Virus record (IMG/VR): IMGVR_UViG_3300045988_098422
Origin: a virus
Direction: 5' to 3' (one strand)
Length of the DNA stretch: 64,000 nt
The translations under genes were made by a program, and so were the position numbers. Positions 36,366 through 45,688 of this stretch are shown piece after piece. The notes below the pieces were generated by a model. That model was given only the letters and a program-made list of their open reading frames with translations. It did no database searches and was not told the DNA's origin. Within the stretch, counting starts at the first letter, position 1; every line of letters begins with the position of its first letter.

Positions 36366-37018
36366 GTACAGTTATTGGACATATTTATTGTGTTGTTTGC
36401 AATAGAAATCAAAGAATGTATTTTGGGCAAACAATGCAGCAAGTAGAAAGTCGTTTTGAGGCTCACATACGTAGGGCAAAACGTGGTTCGCTTCTTAAGT
36501 TCCACCGAGCCATACGAAAGTATGGCGAGGATAACTTTGTCATTGAGGAAGTGATGTGGGTGGAAGCTCCTACGAAGAAGGAGCTGAAAGCCAAACTTGA
36601 TTTCCTTGAACGGCATTTCATCCAGCGTTACGACACCCGAAAGAATGGCTACAACATGACAGACGGTGGCGATAGTTGTCCAATGGTAGGTAAAAATCAT
36701 TCTGAAGAAACCAAATTAAAGATAGGAATGGCAACAAAGGGTCGCAAACATTTGAAAGCAACTAAAGATAAAATTTCAAAGGGAAACAAAGGTAAGAAAC
36801 TTTCTGAAGAAACCCGACGTAAAATTTCGGAAGCCAAGAAAGGCAAGACTTCTCCATTTAAGGGTAAACATTTATCTAAAGAAGTTAGGAAACATTTATC
36901 AGAATTGGCAATCGGTAGGCAAAGTCCATTTAAGGGACATCACCATTCTGAAGCCACTAAACGTAAAATGAGTGAAATAAAAATTATACAAAATCATGGA
37001 AATATTAGTACATTTTAG
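36362..37018 (+). CDS. GIY-YIG homing endonuclease with NUMOD3 repeats
   Basis: GHIYCVVC..RMYFGQT, R..H, GYNMTDGG. Five or more NUMOD3-like units (HSEETKLKIG, KISKGNKGK, KISEAKKGK, HLSELAIGR, HSEATKRKMS). ATGA overlap with the dnaE stop. Confidence 0.8.
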   Translation: MSTVIGHIYCVVCNRNQRMYFGQTMQQVESRFEAHIRRAKRGSLLKFHRAIRKYGEDNFVIEEVMWVEAPTKKELKAKLDFLERHFIQRYDTRKNGYNMTDGGDSCPMVGKNHSEETKLKIGMATKGRKHLKATKDKISKGNKGKKLSEETRRKISEAKKGKTSPFKGKHLSKEVRKHLSELAIGRQSPFKGHHHSEATKRKMSEIKIIQNHGNISTF

Positions 37019-37526
37019 TGGAGTACCCGTAACACTTGAAACAAACGGTTTTTCTGGACGCATAGATATAGACCAATTAACGTCTATTGATTATGGCAAT
37101 TTGTACGGTGAAGCCGTGACAGTTAGTGCTCTTCTAAATAAGGTTGGTTTGCTACGTGCCGAGGCAGAGCAGGCATTAGCCGAGAAGAAGTTGGAAAGGG
37201 ACGTGTGCGAGGCTGATACGAAGCGTAAATGGCGACAGCAAGCCAACGCCAACCAAGGAAAGTTCTGTTTTGAGGGTGAGTGGATAAAGCTGTCAGAAAA
37301 GGCGTTGGATGAGGCGTTGCTACTTGATGATGCTTATCAGGGATTGTGCTGTGAGTATATTGAGGCACAAAAGAACTTTAATGTCCTTGACGCTTTGCAA
37401 TGGGCGGTGCAAGATAAGTCTAAGAAACTTAATAACCTGTTAAAACCCGTGACACCTACTGAGTTGCTCGGGGAGTTGGTGGAGAGTAACGTAAATAGTT
37501 TTGTGATAACTAAAAAAGGATACTAA
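36996..37526 (+). CDS. hypothetical protein
   Basis: 176 aa, helical, no motif recognised. Confidence 0.4.
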   Translation: MEILVHFSGVPVTLETNGFSGRIDIDQLTSIDYGNLYGEAVTVSALLNKVGLLRAEAEQALAEKKLERDVCEADTKRKWRQQANANQGKFCFEGEWIKLSEKALDEALLLDDAYQGLCCEYIEAQKNFNVLDALQWAVQDKSKKLNNLLKPVTPTELLGELVESNVNSFVITKKGY

Positions 37527-37527
37527 T

Positions 37528-37833
37528 ATGGCAACAACATCAACAATTTTTGACGGGTTTATTAAACTGGTAGGCAACATTTACATGAAGCCCTGTGAGG
37601 CTCATCCATCTGCATACGATTTGTATGTACACAAACCGAGTACAAGTGCTAGACACCCCGAGGGTAAAATGGACGACGTGGCATTTGGTTTGTCATTGGA
37701 GCTAGCTATTTCGTGGGCGTGTCATAAGGCAGCGGGCGAACGTGAAGTTAAAGACTTGCAGGGATTGTTGAAAGAACTGCATAAAGTAAACCAAGAAATT
37801 AGAGAGAACGTACTAAGTTTTATTAACGATTAA
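37528..37833 (+). CDS. hypothetical protein
   Basis: 101 aa. Confidence 0.4.
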   Translation: MATTSTIFDGFIKLVGNIYMKPCEAHPSAYDLYVHKPSTSARHPEGKMDDVAFGLSLELAISWACHKAAGEREVKDLQGLLKELHKVNQEIRENVLSFIND

Positions 37834-37847
37834 TTTATAGAAAAATT

Positions 37848-39299
37848 ATGGCAGGATTTGACCGCAGCAAGTGGAAAGCTGCACCCCTAGCAACAGTGAA
37901 TTCAACAGTGAACGAAACAAAAAAGTTTGACACTTATTTTGAGAGTGGAAATAACGAATATGCTCGTTTTTGGGCAAATCGTGACGGCATTACGATAAAA
38001 CGTGTGCTGCCTGCACATGAGCCAGGAGATAGCCCTTATGTGCCTATGTTGACAGCCATGCTGAAAATTGAAGTAGACGATAAGGACAGCAATGGCACAG
38101 TGATTGGGAAGAAAGTCGCTAACAAGAAAATTTTTATTGGTACTTTGCACGGTGGTTATCCGTACGATATCATTGAGGAGTACATTAAACGGGTGTACGA
38201 AAAGGCTGATGCTTATCAGGGCGATGAGCGTGACCGTTATTTGAACCCTGTTAAAGGTTACAGAATGGGCGGTAAGAATGGCACATGGGTTCCGGGAATT
38301 AGACCTCAACTGGAGTATGTGTTTTATGCTCTTATTGAGGGTAAAATTTACCGTGACAGTTTGAAACCGAAGCAAATGGAAGCCTTGAATAAGGAAAGTG
38401 CTGACCTTTGTGCACAGAACGACACGGCTGCAATTGATATGTTTAGCGACCCGACAACAGGTTTTCCAATTCAGTGGAGTGTAGGAAAGGATAAGGATGG
38501 CAAAAAGGAAACCACTCTTAAATCTTTGCCGTTGAAAATGCAACAGACTTGGGATGAATACTTTGGTGAAAATGCAGTTCCTGACGCAATTTTGGAACAG
38601 CTTGAAAAGTTGCCAAGTTTGAAGAGCCTGTACGTTGACAGTTACAAAAAACGTGACTTTGACCTTGCATTGGAAGGACTGAAACGTTTTGATGAAGCCA
38701 ACGTTTACAAGATTTTTGCCGACGAAGAGTTTTTGGACATGGTTGAACAGATGGCTGAAATGGTGGCAGAAAAGACAGGGGATGACGGAAAGCCAAGCGG
38801 TACAGATGATTTGCCTTTTGGTGATGAAGCTCCTAGCGCAGCTCCGGCTCCAGCCGCTAAAAAGACGCCCGTAGCTAAAGCTCCAGCAGCTAAGAAAGCC
38901 GTAGCAAAGAAAAAACCCGCTGAACCGACACCTGAAGAAAAACTTGCTGTCATCAACACTGAATTTGTGCGCCAATACGGTGACGGTTACGATGAATTTA
39001 CACTTGAGGATATGGGCGATGAACTGGAAGAAACATACCAACTTGCACTCAAGAAAGAAGATTTGGGTTATGACATACCTCACGTTGACGGTTGGGATGG
39101 CGATGGTGATAATGGTGAGGACGAAACTCCAGCCGAAGACCCTGAACCGGAACAAGCTCCGGCAGTACCAGAAGTTCACACCGCAGTCGGTCCGGCAGCA
39201 GTGAAAGCTCCTGCAGACGCAAATAGCAAAAGTGCGATGAGTGCTGTTGAGCGCATACGTTTGCTTCGTGAACAAAAAGCCGCAGCCGCTAAGAAGTAA
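37848..39299 (+). CDS. putative gp32-like ssDNA-binding protein with Ala/Pro/Lys linker and acidic C-terminal region
   Basis: ITIKRVLPAHEPGDSPYVPM resembles the T4 gp32 VIRFLPSKNDEQAPF segment. Low-complexity APAAKK tract and acidic patch DGWDGDGDNGEDETPAEDPEPE. Sits at the head of the recombination module. Confidence 0.4.
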   Translation: MAGFDRSKWKAAPLATVNSTVNETKKFDTYFESGNNEYARFWANRDGITIKRVLPAHEPGDSPYVPMLTAMLKIEVDDKDSNGTVIGKKVANKKIFIGTLHGGYPYDIIEEYIKRVYEKADAYQGDERDRYLNPVKGYRMGGKNGTWVPGIRPQLEYVFYALIEGKIYRDSLKPKQMEALNKESADLCAQNDTAAIDMFSDPTTGFPIQWSVGKDKDGKKETTLKSLPLKMQQTWDEYFGENAVPDAILEQLEKLPSLKSLYVDSYKKRDFDLALEGLKRFDEANVYKIFADEEFLDMVEQMAEMVAEKTGDDGKPSGTDDLPFGDEAPSAAPAPAAKKTPVAKAPAAKKAVAKKKPAEPTPEEKLAVINTEFVRQYGDGYDEFTLEDMGDELEETYQLALKKEDLGYDIPHVDGWDGDGDNGEDETPAEDPEPEQAPAVPEVHTAVGPAAVKAPADANSKSAMSAVERIRLLREQKAAAAKK

Positions 39300-39317
39300 A
39301 TTTTATTCACCAATATA

Positions 39318-39340
39318 GGCGGGCTTTCGCCCGCCTTTTT
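39318..39340 (+). terminator. rho-independent terminator
   Basis: GGCGGGC-TTTC-GCCCGCC followed by TTTTT. Confidence 0.75.
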
Positions 39341-39351
39341 GCTTTTATACA

Positions 39352-40386
39352 ATGAAAAGAAACCCGATAGCCGTTATAAGTACAGACAGACATTTAAAGG
39401 AAGAAAACGCTTTAGACCTGTTAGATTTGTCTGAACAAGAAATTGCGCTTGCTCAAAAGCTGAAAGTTAAGACCGTTATTTGGTTGGGAGACATATTTGA
39501 TAGCCGCCTTAGTCAGCGTCAAGAATTGCTTAACTGTTTAACGTTGATGATACAAATGTATCACGAGGCAGGGCTGCAAATTATTTGTATTCCTGGAAAC
39601 CACGATAAGACAGATTATGAGGATGACGATAGCTTTTTGACCGCCTACAAATATCATCCCGGATTTGACCTAATTGAGACACCTCAAGCCCGTGTAATAG
39701 GTGGGGTTGATTTTGACTTTGTGCCGTTTTATTCGGTGGATATGTGGTTGGATAAGTTTGCGGAATTAGACCCGCCTCCGGGATTAAAATCAGTACTATG
39801 TAGTCATACAGCCGTACAAGGTTCTATCAATAACGACGGCAAAGTAGTAGAGAACCGCATTAAGACAAAGTTATTCAACAAATACGGAAAAGTATTGTTA
39901 GGGCATTATCACAATGCTCAACAACCCGCTTCAAATGTTTTTCACCTACCGTCTATAAGACAAAATAACTTTGGTGAAGATGAAGAAAAAGGCTTTACGG
40001 TGTTGTATGACGATGTAAGTTTTGATTTCGTTAAGTCTGATTTTGTGCCATACAGAGAAGTCAAAATTGATGTGGCGACTGTGACAAAGGCTGAACTTCA
40101 AAAGTTGCATACGGAAATTGATGATGGGGTACATTCCCGAGTGGTGCTTATTGGCGACCAACAGGCAGTGAAAGCGGTTAACAAGAAATGGTTTACGGAA
40201 CACGGAATAGCCGTAAAAGCTAAATACACCGATGTAGAAGTAACGGAAACCGAAGAAACAGAAGCGGTGCAGGAATTAAGCGGAGAAGACTTAAAAGATA
40301 AGTTTGAGGCGTTTTGTACTGAAAAGGGTTACGATTACAAAGAGGGGTTTAAACTATTAAAAGAAATAATGAAATGGCAGGAGTAA
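39352..40386 (+). CDS. sbcD: SbcD/Mre11-like nuclease
   Basis: Calcineurin-like phosphoesterase motifs STDRH, WLGDIFD, GNHD, GHYH. Partnered with an SbcC-like ATPase downstream. Confidence 0.65.
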   Translation: MKRNPIAVISTDRHLKEENALDLLDLSEQEIALAQKLKVKTVIWLGDIFDSRLSQRQELLNCLTLMIQMYHEAGLQIICIPGNHDKTDYEDDDSFLTAYKYHPGFDLIETPQARVIGGVDFDFVPFYSVDMWLDKFAELDPPPGLKSVLCSHTAVQGSINNDGKVVENRIKTKLFNKYGKVLLGHYHNAQQPASNVFHLPSIRQNNFGEDEEKGFTVLYDDVSFDFVKSDFVPYREVKIDVATVTKAELQKLHTEIDDGVHSRVVLIGDQQAVKAVNKKWFTEHGIAVKAKYTDVEVTETEETEAVQELSGEDLKDKFEAFCTEKGYDYKEGFKLLKEIMKWQE

Positions 40387-41333
40387 AAGATTTTGTGAAT
40401 ACCGTACAAAAGAAGTTCGGTAAAGAAGTAATTGCCGGAGATAACCGTGCAGGGGTAGAGTTTCTACCGTCAGGCAGCTTGTCTTTGGATTTAGCATTGG
40501 GCGGGGGTTATGCAAAGGGGCGCATTATTGAGCTCATGGGTTACGAAAGTTGTGGTAAAACGACACTAGCTTTACACGCTTGCTTGAGTGCCCAAAATGA
40601 GGGTAAAGCTGTTTTATACGTAGACCGTGAGAACGCTATTGATATTGATTATGTACAGAATTTAGGCATTGACACTGACCCTGAAAAGTTTATCTTGACA
40701 CAGCCCGGAGTAGCCGAGGAATGTTTTGAAATTATAAGGGAAGCAATTAAGACTGATGAAATTGGTGTTATTGTTTTGGACAGTGTTGCCGCTTTGTTCC
40801 CTAAATGTTACTTAGACGCTGATGTCGGTGATGCTAAGATGGGCACAGTCGCTCGCATTATGTCTACGTGGCTTCCTGGATTTGTGGGGGATATTAAACG
40901 TAATAACATCGTTGTAATATTCATCAACCAATATCGCGACAAAATTGGCGTAATGTTTGGTGACCCTCGCACAACTCCGGGAGGGAAAGCATTAGGGTTT
41001 TATTCTTCCCAGCGTCTGGATATTGCCCGTGCAGGTGCGGCAGGCGACAAGGGGGAAGAGTTTGCTAATCACGTTAAAGTTAAAGTGACGAAAAACAAGG
41101 TCGCCCCACCGTTCCGAAAAGCTGAATTTGATATACGTTTTGGCGAGGGTATTGATAAGGCATTGGATATCCTTAATCTGGCGGTTGAAAAAGGCGTAGT
41201 GGAAAAGGCAGGCTCGTTCTTTAAGTATGGGGGTAAAACCCTAGCACAAGGCGCAGAGAAAACTCGTGATGTGATAGCTGAGGACGAAGACCTTATGGCA
41301 CGCATTGAAGAAGAAATTATGCAAAATATTTAG
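40374..41333 (+). CDS. recA: RecA-family recombinase
   Basis: LPSGSLSLDLALGGGYAKGRIIELMGYESCGKTTLALH (RecA Walker A context). VLDSVAAL and FINQYRDKIGVMFGDPRTTPGGKAL. Confidence 0.8.
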   Translation: MAGVKDFVNTVQKKFGKEVIAGDNRAGVEFLPSGSLSLDLALGGGYAKGRIIELMGYESCGKTTLALHACLSAQNEGKAVLYVDRENAIDIDYVQNLGIDTDPEKFILTQPGVAEECFEIIREAIKTDEIGVIVLDSVAALFPKCYLDADVGDAKMGTVARIMSTWLPGFVGDIKRNNIVVIFINQYRDKIGVMFGDPRTTPGGKALGFYSSQRLDIARAGAAGDKGEEFANHVKVKVTKNKVAPPFRKAEFDIRFGEGIDKALDILNLAVEKGVVEKAGSFFKYGGKTLAQGAEKTRDVIAEDEDLMARIEEEIMQNI

Positions 41334-41336
41334 TTT

Positions 41337-43337
41337 ATGGAATTGAAGTATTTGCGTCTGCAGAATTTTTTGTCATTCAAGGATATGCAACACACATTTT
41401 TGAATGAGCCTGTTTTAATTAAAGGGAAGAACCTTACTGAGACGGAAAGCCAAGAAACCAACGGTGCAGGAAAGAGTACAATGGAAGCGGGGATTGCATT
41501 TGCAATTCTCGCCACTTCTTTGCGCAAACAAACCTTAGATAAAGACTTGATATATTGGGGTGCGGATGAAGCGCATATATGGCTTGACATCTATTGTCCT
41601 ATTCGCAAACAGACCCTAAATATTCATCGCACGTTGCGTACAAAGGGGTCACAACTGTTGGAATTGACTTTGAACGAGGAAGAGGGTAGTGTGCATTTTG
41701 CCACTGTATCAGATGGCAACAACTACATTCTTAATTGGATAGGTATATCAGCAGTGGATTTGAAGAATTACTACTTGATTAACAAGGAGAATTTTAAATC
41801 GTTTGTTTCAAGTAGTAATACTGAACGTTTGGCGTTGATAAGCCGTTTTATTAAAGCTGAACAGTTGGACACGGCTGATGATGTTATAAAAGCTAAGAAT
41901 AAACCACTTGAGGCACAGGCTAAAGAGGCAGCGTTTAAGGTCGCGACGATAGAGGGTGAATTAAGCGTCTATACGCAACAATTAGAGGCTGAGGCGGAGC
42001 GTAACTTGGAACAAGAGCGCAACGACAAATTAGAGGCTTTAAATATGCGTATGGATGGTGTGATTGCCCGCTATGATAAAGCGGAGCAAATAAAACAGAA
42101 TGCGACATTGGCTATAAAGTTGGCAGAAGATAACATTGCTAAAGAGAAACATAAACTTCAGGATTTTGAAAAGGCATTAGCCGAACTTAACAAGCAAGAT
42201 TTTACAGCCCGTTATAAAAGTATTCAGGAAGCCCGTGCCACCGCTGACAGCAAAGTAGACGCAGAACGCCAACAGTTAACAGATACGAAGAAAAATGTAC
42301 AGAGTTTAAGCCTTTCTATTCAACGTTTGTCAGGCATTTTGCAAGGGACGATAAAGTGCCCCAAATGTCAGCACGAGTTTGCTATTGCTGACCCCGATTT
42401 GGATTTGCAGGGGGTACGCAAGAAATTAGAGTTGGAAACTTCTAAGCGAACTTCTACGGAGCAACAGGTGGCATCACTACAAAAACGGCTTGAAACGCTA
42501 GCCACCCAATTGAAAACGTTTGATGAAGAAACTGGACAGGTACGTGAGGAAGAACGTGAACATTTGAAATCTGTAAGGGCTTTGCAGTCCCAAGTATTTG
42601 AAGTCCAAGACACTATTAAAAGACACGAACAATTGATTAAAAGTAATCAACGTGACATTGAGCAAATGGACGTGGAACTTGAAAACTGCAATTCCCAAAG
42701 TGAAAAATTACTTGAGGAAATTGAAAAGGTTGAAAAAGAAGAGTTAGAAACCCGTGAAGCCGAGTTAAAAGGGATTATAGCTTTAACCGAAAAGAAGTTA
42801 CAGAAAGCTCAAAAAGAACGTGACAAATACGAAGCCGAGGTATCTAACAATGTGCAATGGGGGCTGAGAATGAAAGAATTTAAGATGTCCCTAGCGTGCG
42901 AACAGTTGCGCATCATTCAAAATTTTGCTAATTTGGCTCTCCAAAAACAAAGGTCAGATTTACGTTTAAGTATTGACGGTTTTAAACGTAACGCCAACGG
43001 TAAAGTAAAAGAAGAGATTACTGTTACAGTCATTAACAGTGAGGGCGAGTATAAACCATTTTGGTCTTTCAGTGGCGGTGAGCGTGCCCGTATAGAAGTT
43101 GCACTTATACAGGCTTTCCAGGAAATGATAAACGGAACGAATGAGTGGGGTGGTTTGCATTTCCTAATGATTGATGAAGTATTGGAAGGGACAGACCCGT
43201 TGGGATTGGCTTTGTTGCTAGAAAGTTTGAACGATGTTGGACATCCGGTGTATATAATAAGTCACGTGATGAATATACGTGCCGGAGTCCGCACATTAAC
43301 AGTCGTAAAAGAAAATGGCGAAAGTTACATTGAGTAA
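41337..43337 (+). CDS. sbcC: SbcC/Rad50-like SMC ATPase
   Basis: N-terminal LRLQNFLSF..NGAGKST. Long coiled coil with a central CPKCQHEF hook-like motif. C-terminal FSGGERARIEVAL signature and LMIDEV Walker B. Confidence 0.7.
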   Translation: MELKYLRLQNFLSFKDMQHTFLNEPVLIKGKNLTETESQETNGAGKSTMEAGIAFAILATSLRKQTLDKDLIYWGADEAHIWLDIYCPIRKQTLNIHRTLRTKGSQLLELTLNEEEGSVHFATVSDGNNYILNWIGISAVDLKNYYLINKENFKSFVSSSNTERLALISRFIKAEQLDTADDVIKAKNKPLEAQAKEAAFKVATIEGELSVYTQQLEAEAERNLEQERNDKLEALNMRMDGVIARYDKAEQIKQNATLAIKLAEDNIAKEKHKLQDFEKALAELNKQDFTARYKSIQEARATADSKVDAERQQLTDTKKNVQSLSLSIQRLSGILQGTIKCPKCQHEFAIADPDLDLQGVRKKLELETSKRTSTEQQVASLQKRLETLATQLKTFDEETGQVREEEREHLKSVRALQSQVFEVQDTIKRHEQLIKSNQRDIEQMDVELENCNSQSEKLLEEIEKVEKEELETREAELKGIIALTEKKLQKAQKERDKYEAEVSNNVQWGLRMKEFKMSLACEQLRIIQNFANLALQKQRSDLRLSIDGFKRNANGKVKEEITVTVINSEGEYKPFWSFSGGERARIEVALIQAFQEMINGTNEWGGLHFLMIDEVLEGTDPLGLALLLESLNDVGHPVYIISHVMNIRAGVRTLTVVKENGESYIE

Positions 43338-43833
43338 AGAAATAGATTGGACAGCAATTGGAATTGACCCCGGAAAAGAGGGGTTTATTACAGTAATGCG
43401 ACGGGGTTTTATACACAGTTACCCTGTTCCAAAAGTAAAGGATGTTATTGATGAGGAAGGATTGGCAGCGTTGGTTTTAGAAATCGCTGAACAGTGTGAC
43501 CCTCAATACACTCACATAGCGATAGAGGACGTACACGCTTTGCACGGTTCATCAGCGCAGGGGACATTCAACTTTGGTGGGATAACATGGGCTCTCCGTA
43601 TGGCGTTTATTGTGTGCGGGCTACCTGTTCATCGGGTAGCCCCTAAAAAGTGGCAAAAAGAGATGCACGAGGGAGTTAAACCGTGCGCAGATAAGAAACA
43701 GATGTCTATATTAGCGGCTAAACGGTTGTTCCCTAATTACAATCTTTTACGGACGCCAAACTGCAAGAAGCCTGATGACAATCTTGTGGACAGTTTGTTG
43801 ATTGCTGAATATTGTAGGAGAAATTATTTATGA
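43315..43833 (+). CDS. RuvC-like Holliday junction resolvase
   Basis: IGIDPGKEG (Asp1), IAIEDV (Glu), DDNLVDSLLIAEY (C-terminal Asp). Confidence 0.6.
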   Translation: MAKVTLSKEIDWTAIGIDPGKEGFITVMRRGFIHSYPVPKVKDVIDEEGLAALVLEIAEQCDPQYTHIAIEDVHALHGSSAQGTFNFGGITWALRMAFIVCGLPVHRVAPKKWQKEMHEGVKPCADKKQMSILAAKRLFPNYNLLRTPNCKKPDDNLVDSLLIAEYCRRNYL

Positions 43834-44174
43834 AATACGTATTGGTTTGCCCGAATACGGGCTGCATAGAGCATAATAAGCCTGTGGATGCGGGTACTTA
43901 TTGCATGAAGTATGACAAAGCAACCAAACAGATGAAACCCGAATTTAAGGGGGAAATTCAGCGGTGTGTGGTTTGTGGTGAAGAATTACAGTTTACCGAA
44001 GCCCCAAGCGTTATTCCGGAATTTAGTGTAGGCACGTTCAAAGGATTGCCGGATGACAAGAAGAAAGAAGTGCTGCATAAACGTTTCCAAAAGGGGATGA
44101 CTAAGGGTGGTAATGATGAGAACGAATTAAGAAAAAGAGGTGCGGTTAAAAAATTAATTGGATATGATGACTAG
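43830..44174 (+). CDS. zinc-ribbon protein
   Basis: CPNTGC..x..CVVCGE cysteine pairs. 114 aa. Confidence 0.45.
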   Translation: MKYVLVCPNTGCIEHNKPVDAGTYCMKYDKATKQMKPEFKGEIQRCVVCGEELQFTEAPSVIPEFSVGTFKGLPDDKKKEVLHKRFQKGMTKGGNDENELRKRGAVKKLIGYDD

Positions 44175-44496
44175 TGAACAAATTAAAATGATGCTGGACG
44201 GTGTTAAAGGTCTGGCGATGAATTGTGAAGTTAACGTTTTGGTACTGAAAGTACTGGATGAGTACCGTGTTTATTTGGCTCCTGAAGTGCGCCTAAAGAC
44301 ACGTGAGTGCCGTTATAACGAAGTACGGGATGCTCAAGATATTACCGTATTGGTGAAGAACGTGGGGGTGAACTTTGCGCTTGGTATGACGCATCAGACA
44401 TTAATGGAAAAGGCACAGTCCATTCACAAGGAAAGTTTCAAGTTCGGTACTGATGATTATATGTGGTTTACGAAAGTTGATTTAAACCGTGGTTAA
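44164..44496 (+). CDS. hypothetical protein
   Basis: ATG at 44164 (the track start at 44158 is a TTG). Confidence 0.4.
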   Translation: MMTSEQIKMMLDGVKGLAMNCEVNVLVLKVLDEYRVYLAPEVRLKTRECRYNEVRDAQDITVLVKNVGVNFALGMTHQTLMEKAQSIHKESFKFGTDDYMWFTKVDLNRG

Positions 44497-44528
44497 GAAG
44501 AAAAGTGCAAATGTTTGCTGAGGATTTC

Positions 44529-44559
44529 TTTGGAATGTCATTTTAAGTTGCTACATTTG
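44529..44559 (+). promoter_or_regulatory. Bacteroidota-type promoter (TTTG-N19-TACATTTG)
   Basis: Full -33/-7 consensus match in the 83-nt gap. The track's GTG start at 44559 falls inside the -7 box. Confidence 0.6.
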
Positions 44560-44579
44560 TGCAGTTAATTAACAACATC

Positions 44580-45665
44580 ATGGAAAATTTAACAGATATC
44601 TTTTTAAAATCCAGAGGGCACAAATATTTACGCAAAGTGCCGAACGGTAAAGGCGGTTATCGTTACATATACGAAGAACCGAGCCTGAAAACTACTTCGG
44701 TAGTCACACGTGAACAAAAGTACAAACAGAACGGGTGGGATTACAATACCCCATCAACGGTTGAGTACGCAAACGACCCACAGCGTAAACGGCTGCATCG
44801 TAAAACAGTTGCCGAGTACATTAAACGTTCAAGCCGACAGGGTGAAACGCCTCGTGCGGTGTTTACATTAGGCGGTTCGGGTGCGGGTAAAAGTACCGTT
44901 CTTAGAATGTTAGGTGAGCAAGACCCGTCCTTTAACAAAATTGTTACTGTTGATAGTGACGATATTAAGACAAAAACGTTTAAGGAAGATTTTGACGCTT
45001 ACAACAAACAAAAGAAGATGAGTGCCGCAGGGCGTTTGCATGAAGAGAGTAGCGAATTGGCTGATAAAATTGTTGACGGTATATTAAGCGTAAATAATGA
45101 CTACTTAAAGGATGGTACGATGAAAACGTATGCTTCTGCCGCAGCGGAAATTGAAAAAGCTAAGAAGAAAGGCTACCGGACTGATGTAGTAGGTGTGACA
45201 ATTTCGGTGGAAGAAGCCATTCGTCGGGCATATTCTAGAGCAGCTAAATCTGGTCGTCACGTTGAACCTGAAGTAATTGTAAAGGCTCATGTCGGTTCTA
45301 CGGAAACATTTTTGAAGTTAATTGAAACAGGTTTGGCAGATAGTTTGAAATTGTATGATAATTCGAGTAGTTCGCCAATACTAATCTATGATAGTGAGGA
45401 TGAAAATCCTATTAAGAACGTTAAGTTATTTGAGGAATTTAAAAATAAGAGGAATTACACTATGGCAAAGAAAGACAACAACATTGAAAAATCTTATGAT
45501 TTTGGTAAAAGTGAGTTTAACCGAAAAATGAAAAAGATATACCAAGAGCGAGAGGCTAAAGGTCTTCCAAATAGTGTGGATATACCAAACGACGCAGATG
45601 CGGACGACTTGGCACGCTTAAGAGCTTTTGGGGAATGGTTGAGCGATGGGCAACCCGTAGATTAA
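44580..45665 (+). CDS. zeta-toxin-like P-loop kinase
   Basis: FTLGGSGAGKSTVLRML Walker A, VDSDD, and downstream Arg-containing helices as in zeta/AAA_33 kinases. N-terminal HKYLRKVPNGKGGYRYIYEE motif. ATG at 44580. Confidence 0.5.
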   Translation: MENLTDIFLKSRGHKYLRKVPNGKGGYRYIYEEPSLKTTSVVTREQKYKQNGWDYNTPSTVEYANDPQRKRLHRKTVAEYIKRSSRQGETPRAVFTLGGSGAGKSTVLRMLGEQDPSFNKIVTVDSDDIKTKTFKEDFDAYNKQKKMSAAGRLHEESSELADKIVDGILSVNNDYLKDGTMKTYASAAAEIEKAKKKGYRTDVVGVTISVEEAIRRAYSRAAKSGRHVEPEVIVKAHVGSTETFLKLIETGLADSLKLYDNSSSSPILIYDSEDENPIKNVKLFEEFKNKRNYTMAKKDNNIEKSYDFGKSEFNRKMKKIYQEREAKGLPNSVDIPNDADADDLARLRAFGEWLSDGQPVD

Positions 45666-45688
45666 TCTAAAGATTTTTCGGCTAGTTC

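Noticed and set aside
36300-37100. Group I introns carrying the GIY-YIG genes
   Set aside because: dnaE, the RNR gene and the other flanking genes are complete single ORFs ending normally. The endonuclease genes lie between genes with 4-nt overlaps or short spacers. They are free-standing HEGs, not intron-encoded.
37902-39275. 457-aa ORF on the minus strand
   Set aside because: It lies entirely antisense to the 37848-39299 gene. Its composition is rich in Phe, Cys, Val and Leu with no motifs, typical of a shadow ORF opposite a Lys/Glu/Ala-rich coding sequence. Every neighbouring gene is on the + strand with tight coupling.
44559-44579. N-terminal extensions in the ORF track (44559, 45986, 52389, 62597, 18077, 29506, 24410, 60506 and several TTG starts)
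   Set aside because: These extended starts use GTG or TTG, or they lie inside promoters, terminators or the upstream gene. In each case an in-frame ATG just after the intergenic signal gives a sensible N-terminus, so I used the shorter coordinates.
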